A program made the translations under genes and the position numbers. Shown here one piece after another: positions 57,470-64,000 of a DNA stretch of 64,000 bases. This stretch comes from Candidatus Tectimicrobiota bacterium. GTDB lineage: Bacteria > JACPUC01. The stretch is from contig JACPUC010000017.1 in assembly GCA_016192455.1 (NCBI GenBank), positions 62,001 through 126,000 of the forward strand. Direction: 5' to 3'. The notes under the pieces are model-generated. The model saw only the letters and a list, made by a program, of their open reading frames with translations. It ran no database searches and was not told where the DNA came from. The stretch's first letter is position 1; the number at the start of each line of letters is the position of its first letter.

Positions 57470-57744
57470 GGGGGAACGGCTACCAGGAATCGGCGATCCG
57501 CATGGCGGCCTCCCAGCGCCTGAAGACCGTGATCGAAGCCACCGGCAGCCTCGATCGCGAGAAGGTCCGCAAGACCGTGTGGGAGACCACGGTCCCCACC
57601 GTCAGGGGCGTGATCTCCATTGATGAGCGCGGCATGGGCAGCATGTCCCCAAGCCTCGTCCAGATCCATAACAGGCGCATGGTCTCCATCTACCCGCTGG
57701 AACTGGCGAAGAAGAACCACGTCTACCCAACCCCTTGGAAGTAG
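57470..57744 (+). pseudogene. C-terminal remnant of a HAAT substrate-binding protein
   Basis: ...VIEATGSLDREKVRK...TVPTVRGVISIDERG...VQIHNRRMVSIYPLELAK...YPTPWK is a typical SBP C-terminus. There is no intact N-terminal ORF. Confidence 0.7.
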
Positions 57745-57842
57745 CGGCACGCAGGAGGGCGCCCAGGGAGCCGGCCGCGCGCCCTCAGCACTGCCGGTGA
57801 GGGCAACGCCACGGGGTGGCGGCCAGGCTGGGTAAAGAGTTC

Positions 57843-58715
57843 ATGGCAACCGTCTCCCTGCAGTTGATCATCGGTGGCATCCTGCAAGGGGGTATCTACG
57901 CCCTGGCGGCCTTCGGGCTGTCGCTCATCTTTGGGGTGTCGAACATTCTCAACCTCGCCCATGGCGAATTCCTCATGCTCGGCGCCATGGTGAGCTTCCT
58001 CGTGTACACGGGAACAGAGCTGTCGCCCTTCGTCACCGCCCTGGGGCTGATCCCCCTGTTCTTCGCCGTCGGGTCGCTCTTCGAGCGCGGTCTCATCCGC
58101 CCGCTCTCGGGGCGACCCGATCACATGCGGCTGGTTGCCTCCATCCTGGTGACGCTGGGCGCCTCCATTGCCATCGAGGATTTCGCCTCCTTCGCCTTCG
58201 GGCCGAACGAGAAGGCACTGGCGTACACCCTGCCCTCCTTTCAAGTTGGGCCGATCATTGTCTCCACCATTCGTCTCGCTGGCTTGGCCTTCATTCTGGT
58301 GTTGACGCTGGCCCTGCACACCTTCCTGAAACGCACCTACCAGGGCCGCGCCATCGTGGCGACCACCCAGAGTCGCCGCGGCGCCATGCTCGTCGGGGTG
58401 AACATTCAGCGCGTCGCCAACCTCTCGTTCGGCATCGGCGCCATCCTGGCGGCGCTTGCCGGGGTGTTCTTCGTCATCATGTTTCCGGTGACGCCGTATG
58501 TCGGCTTGCCGTTGACATTGAAGTATCTCTGCATCATCGTGCTCGGCGGGCTTGGCAGCCTCTTTGGCACGCTTCTTGGCGGGCTGGTTCTGGGGCTGGT
58601 GGAGATCCTCGTCGCCTACTACAGCCCGCACTGGTCAGAAACCTCGGCGTTCATCATCCTGGTGCTCATCCTCCTCATCCGCCCCCAGGGGCTGTTTGGA
58701 CGCTTCTCAGGCTAG
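57843..58715 (+). CDS. livH: HAAT ABC permease
   Basis: GGIYALAAFGLSLIFGV..LNLAHGEF, GRAIVAT, VLGGLGS, RPQGLFG. Confidence 0.9.
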   Translation: MATVSLQLIIGGILQGGIYALAAFGLSLIFGVSNILNLAHGEFLMLGAMVSFLVYTGTELSPFVTALGLIPLFFAVGSLFERGLIRPLSGRPDHMRLVASILVTLGASIAIEDFASFAFGPNEKALAYTLPSFQVGPIIVSTIRLAGLAFILVLTLALHTFLKRTYQGRAIVATTQSRRGAMLVGVNIQRVANLSFGIGAILAALAGVFFVIMFPVTPYVGLPLTLKYLCIIVLGGLGSLFGTLLGGLVLGLVEILVAYYSPHWSETSAFIILVLILLIRPQGLFGRFSG

Positions 58716-58799
58716 CGGCCGGCGGACCGTCGCAGCGTCGCCCGCCGCATCCCCAGAGGTATGACGCCCGCGGCTGGGGAACCAAGAGAGGGAGTGCCG

Positions 58800-59723
58800 A
58801 TGCGCACCACGCTGCTGCTGCTCTTGGTGGCGTTCTTAGCCTCGATCCCCTTCCTGGGGTCGAGCTACTTGCCGACCTTCTTCATCATCCTGTTCATGAA
58901 CCTCATCCTGGCATCGAGCTACGACATCGTCGGCGGCTACCTCGGCTACGTCAACCTCGGGCACGCCGTCTTCTTCGGCCTCGGCGCCTACACCTTCGGC
59001 ATCACCTGGAACGCGCAGGCGCCGCTCGGCGTGGCCTTCGTCTGCGCGGTGGCGGCGGCGGTGATCTTCGCGGCGCTGATGGCCTACCCCTTCTTCCGCC
59101 TGCACGGCGCTTACTTCTCCCTGGGCACCTTCGGGCTCATCCGCCTCTTCGAGCTCCTGGCCTTCAACTTCGGCAGCCTGACGGGAGGCTCGGGCGGCCT
59201 CAGCGTCCCTTCCAGCTACCGGCTCCTGCCGACCTTCTACACCACACTCATTCTGGCCCTCCTGACGCTCGCCATCGTTTACAAGATCGCCAAGTCGCGC
59301 CTGGGGCTGGCTTTCGTGAGCATCCGCGAGGACGAGAAGGTGGCGCGCGACTTCGGCGTCCCGGTGCTGCGCTACCAAACCCTCGCCCTCATGCTCAGCG
59401 CCAGCATTGCCGGTCTCATGGGGGCGGTCTACACCTGGTACATCATCTACATCAACCCGGAGGCGGTTTTCGGCACGGAGATGGCCCTGCTGCCGGTGGC
59501 CATGGCCATGCTCGGCGGCACCGGCGCCATCGCCGGCCCGGTGATCGGCGCCGTTTTCATCTCCATCGTCGAGGAGTTCCTGTGGACGAAACTCCCGTAC
59601 CTGCACTTGGCGGCATATGGGCTGGTCATTGCGGGGGTGGGGTTGTTCATGCCGGGCGGCATTGTGCGGGTGCCGTTCATCGAGGCTCGCTTGCGCTGGC
59701 TTGGACTGGTCGAAGATCTTTGA
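58800..59723 (+). CDS. livM: HAAT ABC permease
   Basis: GGYLGYVNLGHAVFFGLGAY, RLHGAYFSLGT, SRLGLAFVSIREDE, MLGGTG..GPVIGA. Confidence 0.9.
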   Translation: MRTTLLLLLVAFLASIPFLGSSYLPTFFIILFMNLILASSYDIVGGYLGYVNLGHAVFFGLGAYTFGITWNAQAPLGVAFVCAVAAAVIFAALMAYPFFRLHGAYFSLGTFGLIRLFELLAFNFGSLTGGSGGLSVPSSYRLLPTFYTTLILALLTLAIVYKIAKSRLGLAFVSIREDEKVARDFGVPVLRYQTLALMLSASIAGLMGAVYTWYIIYINPEAVFGTEMALLPVAMAMLGGTGAIAGPVIGAVFISIVEEFLWTKLPYLHLAAYGLVIAGVGLFMPGGIVRVPFIEARLRWLGLVEDL

Positions 59724-59842
59724 AAGAGAGCAGCGGCTCTCTCCCGCGAGGTGCGTCGTCGCGGTGGGCGGGTCGTCAGGCCGCGGCGGGGTGACGCGGG
59801 CGCCTCGACTCTTCGTGACAGGCAGCTCTTGAGCAGGCAATC

Positions 59843-60598
59843 ATGCCAATCATCTTGGAAGCGTCCTCCATCTCGAAGAGTTTCCGTGGCCTGATGGCCA
59901 TTTCCGACGTGAGCGTGCGGCTCGAGGAGGGCCAGATCACGGGCCTCATTGGACCGAACGGGGCCGGCAAGACGACGCTCTTCAACATCATCACCGGCGG
60001 TATTGCACCCGACCGCGGCACGGTCACCTTCCTCGGCAAGGAGCTCGGCAAGCTCACCCCCGATCGCATCTGCCGCCTCGGCATCTCCCGCACCTACCAG
60101 CTCGTCCGCCCATTCCTCAGCCTGCCGGTCTACCGGAACGTGCTCATCGGAGTCTACTTCGGGCGAGATGGGTACATCAGCTCCGCGAAGGCGGAGCGCG
60201 AGGTGGATGAGCTGCTCGAGTTCGTCGGCTTGCGCGACAAGCGCGCGGCGCGCGCCAGCGAGCTCAACACCGTGGAGCGCAAGCACCTGGAGATCGCCCG
60301 CGCCCTGGCCACCCTGCCGCGCCTCCTGCTCCTCGATGAGGTGGTGGCCGGACTCAATCCCAGCGAGACGAGCGCGGTCATGGAGTCCATCCGCGAAATC
60401 CGGCGCCGGGGTGTGACGATCTTCCTCATCGAACACGTCATGAAAGTCGTCATGGGGCTCTCCGATCACCTCCTGGTCCTGCATCACGGCGAGCTCATCG
60501 CCGAGGGCAAACCGGAGAAGGTCGCCACTTCGCCAGCCGTGGTGGAGGCCTACCTGGGTCACCGGAGACCCGCCGGAGCCTACCATGCTGAGGGTTGA
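59843..60598 (+). CDS. livG: HAAT ABC ATPase
   Basis: GPNGAGKTT, RTYQLVRPF, LLLDEVVAGLN, IEHVM. Confidence 0.92.
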   Translation: MPIILEASSISKSFRGLMAISDVSVRLEEGQITGLIGPNGAGKTTLFNIITGGIAPDRGTVTFLGKELGKLTPDRICRLGISRTYQLVRPFLSLPVYRNVLIGVYFGRDGYISSAKAEREVDELLEFVGLRDKRAARASELNTVERKHLEIARALATLPRLLLLDEVVAGLNPSETSAVMESIREIRRRGVTIFLIEHVMKVVMGLSDHLLVLHHGELIAEGKPEKVATSPAVVEAYLGHRRPAGAYHAEG

Positions 60599-61289
60599 GC
60601 AGCTCGCCGTCTCCTACGGCATCATTCCGGCGGTGCACGACGTCTCCCTGACGGTCAATGAGAAGGAGATCGTCTCGCTCATCGGCGCCAATGGAGCCGG
60701 TAAGACCACCACCCTGAACGCCATCTCCGGAGTTCTGCCGATTCGCAGCGGGCGGGTGTTCTTCGATGGGCAGGAGCTGACGGGGGCGGGCTCGCACCGG
60801 ATCGTGGAACGCGGCCTCATCCAGATTCCGGAGGAGCGTCATCTCTTCCCGGACATGAGTGTTGCCGAGAACCTGGAAATGGGGGCCTTCTCAGCCGAGG
60901 CGCGCCACCTGGCGCGGCGGACGCTTGCCTGGGTGCACGAGCTCTTCCCCCGCCTCCATGAGCGCCGCTCGCAGCTTGCCGGCACGCTAAGCGGCGGGGA
61001 GCAGCAGATGCTGGCGATCGGTCGCGGCCTCATGGCGCGGCCGAAGCTCCTCATGCTAGACGAGCCCTCCCTCGGCCTGGCACCACTCATCGTCGACGAC
61101 CTCTTCCGCATCATGGTGGAGATCAACCGCTCCGACGTAGCGATCCTCCTGGTCGAGCAGAATGCCGCCCAGGCCCTGGAGACCTCGCACCGCGCCTACG
61201 TCATGGAGAATGGCCGCATCACCCTGGCCGGCGAGGCCCAGGCCCTGCTCGAGGATGAGCAGGTGCGCGCCGCGTACCTGGGCATCTGA
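60585..61289 (+). CDS. livF: HAAT ABC ATPase
   Basis: GANGAGKTT, LSGGEQQMLAIGRGL, LDEPSLGLAP, VEQN. Confidence 0.92.
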   Translation: MLRVEQLAVSYGIIPAVHDVSLTVNEKEIVSLIGANGAGKTTTLNAISGVLPIRSGRVFFDGQELTGAGSHRIVERGLIQIPEERHLFPDMSVAENLEMGAFSAEARHLARRTLAWVHELFPRLHERRSQLAGTLSGGEQQMLAIGRGLMARPKLLMLDEPSLGLAPLIVDDLFRIMVEINRSDVAILLVEQNAAQALETSHRAYVMENGRITLAGEAQALLEDEQVRAAYLGI

Positions 61290-61385
61290 GAGCATCTTCC
61301 CGCAAGCGCGCCCGAAAACAGATGGGGGGGATCATTGATCCCCCGCACCACCTCGTTCCTCCTTTTGCCCGCACCTGCCTCCCCC

Positions 61386-62696
61386 CTACCCGACCCCGCA
61401 CCAGCTCATGATGAAGGCCGCCGTGGCCTTGATGGTGCTGAGGTATTCTTCCATATCGAGCCACTCATCGGCGCCGTGGAAGTTGGCGCCGGTGGCGCCG
61501 AAGGAGATGGCGGGCGTCTTTGTGTAGTTGTTGAAGAAGCGGATGTCGCTCCCCGTGGGGATGCCGCTGACGATCGGCGCGCTGCCGGTGTAGCTCTCGA
61601 TGGCCCGCTTGCTCAAGGTGACGATGTCGTCAGTCTCCGGGACCTGGCTGGGCGTGAAGCGGATGTCGCCCCAGACGATGCGCGGCGGGTTGCGGCGCAG
61701 CCAGGGGTCGCCCTGGGCGACGCGCTCCACCGCGGCGCTGATCTCCTGCTTCACGTCCTCCTCGCGCTCGCCGGGGGGGTACTGCGCCGTGGCCGTCACC
61801 ACGCAGGCCTCGGGCGTGGCGAGGTAGTAGCCGCTGCCCTTGATGCGGGCGACGCTCGGGCAGATGCAGGTGGCGTTGCCGTAGAGGCGGTCGTAGATGT
61901 CGCAAGAGACGCGCTTGCGGCGCTCGACCCCAAGCTGGCGCAGGGCGAGGACGATCTCGGCGGCCCACTCGATGGCGTTGCCCTCCTCGCGATCCATGAC
62001 GTAGAAGAGGGGCGAGGTGGGGAAGCCGGGGACGTGCACGTCGAAGGTGAGGATGCCGAGGTTGGCGATGTTGAGCTGGCGCATGCCGGTGTCGATGGGG
62101 TGGCCGTAGAAGGCGCCGTCCCCCTGCACGCCGTCGAGGATGCAGGCCATGATGCCGGGCACGCCGCCGACCTCCTCCTCGATGGTGCTGGCGAAGGTGA
62201 GGTCGCCGCGCAGCGGGATGCGGGCGCCGCGCAGGGCCGTGAGGGCCATGAGGTTCTGCACCACGCCGGCCTTGTCGTCAGCCGCGCCGCGGCCGTACAG
62301 GCGCCCGTTCTCGATGCCGCCGGCGAAGGGGTCGTGCGTCCACTTCTCGGGCGCGAAGATGGGCACCGTGTCGATGTGCGCGAAGAGGACGAGGGAGCGC
62401 CCGCCGCCGCTGCCGGGGGCGTTGCCGACGATGTTCGGGCGCTCCTCGAGGGCCTGCATGTAAGGCATCTCGTAGCAGTTGTACTCGGGGTGGGCGCGCA
62501 GCGCCTCGCGGTTGCCGACGATGCGGCGCGTCGCCAGCCCCAGCTTCTGCAGCTCCGCCTCGATGAGGCGCTGCGCCTCCCCCTCGATGGTGGTGAAGCT
62601 CTTGATGGCGATGAGCCGGCGCAACAGCCCGAAGATGTCGTCGCGGTGGTCGTCGATGTAGGACTCGGTGCGCTTCCTGGCTTCGTTGATGTCCAT
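61386..62696 (-). CDS. M20 metallo-amidohydrolase (ArgE/DapE-like)
   Basis: FAHIDTVP, LYGRGAADDKAG, IEEEVGG, GSDIRF, HGADEW. Confidence 0.9.
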   Translation of the reverse strand: MDINEARKRTESYIDDHRDDIFGLLRRLIAIKSFTTIEGEAQRLIEAELQKLGLATRRIVGNREALRAHPEYNCYEMPYMQALEERPNIVGNAPGSGGGRSLVLFAHIDTVPIFAPEKWTHDPFAGGIENGRLYGRGAADDKAGVVQNLMALTALRGARIPLRGDLTFASTIEEEVGGVPGIMACILDGVQGDGAFYGHPIDTGMRQLNIANLGILTFDVHVPGFPTSPLFYVMDREEGNAIEWAAEIVLALRQLGVERRKRVSCDIYDRLYGNATCICPSVARIKGSGYYLATPEACVVTATAQYPPGEREEDVKQEISAAVERVAQGDPWLRRNPPRIVWGDIRFTPSQVPETDDIVTLSKRAIESYTGSAPIVSGIPTGSDIRFFNNYTKTPAISFGATGANFHGADEWLDMEEYLSTIKATAAFIMSWCGVG

Positions 62697-62720
62697 ACGG
62701 CCCTCCCCTGAACCACACCC

Positions 62721-62861
62721 CTAGGCGCTGCGCTGGCGGTACACCGAGAACTCATGCGCGCAGTAGGGACAGTGGCAGTAGGCATCGGGGACCTCGAAGA
62801 ACTCGGGGTCCACGTAGAAGGTCTCTTCGCAGCGTGGGCAGTTGACGTAGACGAGGTTCAT
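62721..62861 (-). CDS. 46-aa zinc-ribbon protein (below the ORF-track cutoff)
   Basis: GAGGAG RBS overlapping the ubiD #3 stop. MNLVYVNCPRCEETFYVDPEFFEVPDAYCHCPYCAHEFSVYRQRSA*. Confidence 0.8.
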   Translation of the reverse strand: MNLVYVNCPRCEETFYVDPEFFEVPDAYCHCPYCAHEFSVYRQRSA

Positions 62862-62872
62862 GGCGGCGCTCC

Positions 62873-64000
62873 TCAGCCGTAACGCTCGTACGGGATGTTC
62901 GTCAGCCGGTCGCGCGGGATGAAGTTCTCCAGGTCGATCTTCTCCATGACATCCTGGGGCACCGAGAGCTTGCGCGCGAAGCGCCGCGGGTCCACCGGTT
63001 TGGTGCAGTCGAAGCCGGTCTTCGTGCCCAGTTCGCTGGGGCGGCTGGGATCAAGGGTGGGGGCCGGCAACCCCGGCAAGACGACGATGTCGCGGTCGCC
63101 CTGGAAGCGGGTGGCGAAGGCCTGCATCACCTGCTGCTCGTCGAAGATATCGACATCGGTGTCGAAGACCCAGGCGTGCTTCACCAGGTGGTGCGAGGTG
63201 AGGGCTTCGACGAGGGCGATCTTGCTGCTCCCCTCGACGAGCTTGTCGATCTGCAGGTAGAGGTGGAACTGGCCGCAGCCGGACATGGGAGCGTAGACGT
63301 TGGTGATCGTCGGCACGGCGCGGCGCACCTTCTCGTAGGCGGCCCCCTCGCGCGTCAGCGAGCCGAGGCAGTGCGAGTGCCCCACCATGAGGTCGTACCA
63401 GTGGGCGCCGGCGCGGTGCGTCACCGCTGTCACCTCGAGGTACGGGTTCCAGCGCTGCGGGCCGCTGTAGCGGGTGTACTCGCCGAAGGGGCCTTCGGGA
63501 CGGCGCTTGCCGGCCATCAGGTGGCCCTCGATGACGAACTCGGCGTCCGCCGGCACCAGGAAGTCGTCGCCCAGGGTCTCCGACGGCACCAGTCGCAGGG
63601 GTTGGCCCAGCATGCCGCCGGCGGCCGCGAAGTGGCTATCGGTGAGGGGGATGCGCGTCTCGCAACCGAGGATGACGAGAGGGTGGGCACCCACCCAGTA
63701 GGCCACCCGCAGGTCCTCCCGGCGGCGCTCGTGCAGGGCGAAGATGTGGCCGTTGTGGGTGCTCGCTTCGAGCAGGACGCGAATCTCCCGCGGGCCGTGG
63801 ATCCAGCCGCGGTGCAGGGCCGAGTTGTCGGTGCCGTACTCCGGGTGGTAGCAGGTGAGAAAGCCGCCGCTGATGTAGGGCCCCGGGTCCATGTCGTGGT
63901 GGACGAGGGCCGGCAGTTTCGTCAGGTCTATCTCGTCGCCGCGCGCCACGACCTCCTTCACCGGCGCCTGGGCGCGCTTCACGACCACCGGCTGCCGGCG
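62873..64000 (-). CDS. UbiD-family (de)carboxylase #3 (5' end outside the window)
   Basis: APVKEVV, DPGPYIS, DNSALHR, VPADAEFVIEG, EGPFGEY, VFDTDVDIFD, ATRFQGDRD, GFDCT. Confidence 0.92.
   Translation of the reverse strand, partial: RRQPVVVKRAQAPVKEVVARGDEIDLTKLPALVHHDMDPGPYISGGFLTCYHPEYGTDNSALHRGWIHGPREIRVLLEASTHNGHIFALHERRREDLRVAYWVGAHPLVILGCETRIPLTDSHFAAAGGMLGQPLRLVPSETLGDDFLVPADAEFVIEGHLMAGKRRPEGPFGEYTRYSGPQRWNPYLEVTAVTHRAGAHWYDLMVGHSHCLGSLTREGAAYEKVRRAVPTITNVYAPMSGCGQFHLYLQIDKLVEGSSKIALVEALTSHHLVKHAWVFDTDVDIFDEQQVMQAFATRFQGDRDIVVLPGLPAPTLDPSRPSELGTKTGFDCTKPVDPRRFARKLSVPQDVMEKIDLENFIPRDRLTNIPYERYG

Noticed and set aside
1..64000. CRISPR arrays, tRNA/rRNA genes, intact transposases or prophage genes
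   Set aside because: No regularly spaced repeats, cloverleaf motifs or full-length mobile-element ORFs were seen by eye.

Overview
High-GC bacterial chromosomal window, probably from an uncultured Deltaproteobacteria-like lineage (inference from gene content; not verifiable here). It starts with housekeeping genes (priA', pheA-hisC-tyrA-rpsA-ihfB-miaA-aroK; later fhs-folD, pcm, mutM), interleaved with a dense set of poorly characterised catabolic and transport modules. These include three UbiD-family (de)carboxylases, each with non-canonical active-site residues and no ubiX in the window. One UbiD lies upstream of a Liv-type ABC operon, one is divergent from a ThDP enzyme next to an adenine-deaminase-like/AOR pair, and one is in an operon with an unannotated 46-aa zinc-ribbon protein and an M20 amidohydrolase. 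There is also a GntR-MFS-AprA-like flavoprotein-ferredoxin-SBP operon and a secreted rhodanese. Three visibly lower-GC inserts are present: a CocE/NonD hydrolase with an altered triad, an orphan gene between IS3 and IS630 remnants, and an islet that truncates hicA and carries tandem NrdR-like boxes, a 44-aa basic microprotein and a frameshifted RxxxxH (HEPN-like) gene. No rRNA, tRNA or CRISPR array was recognised. All family calls come from motif recognition by eye; no searches were run.
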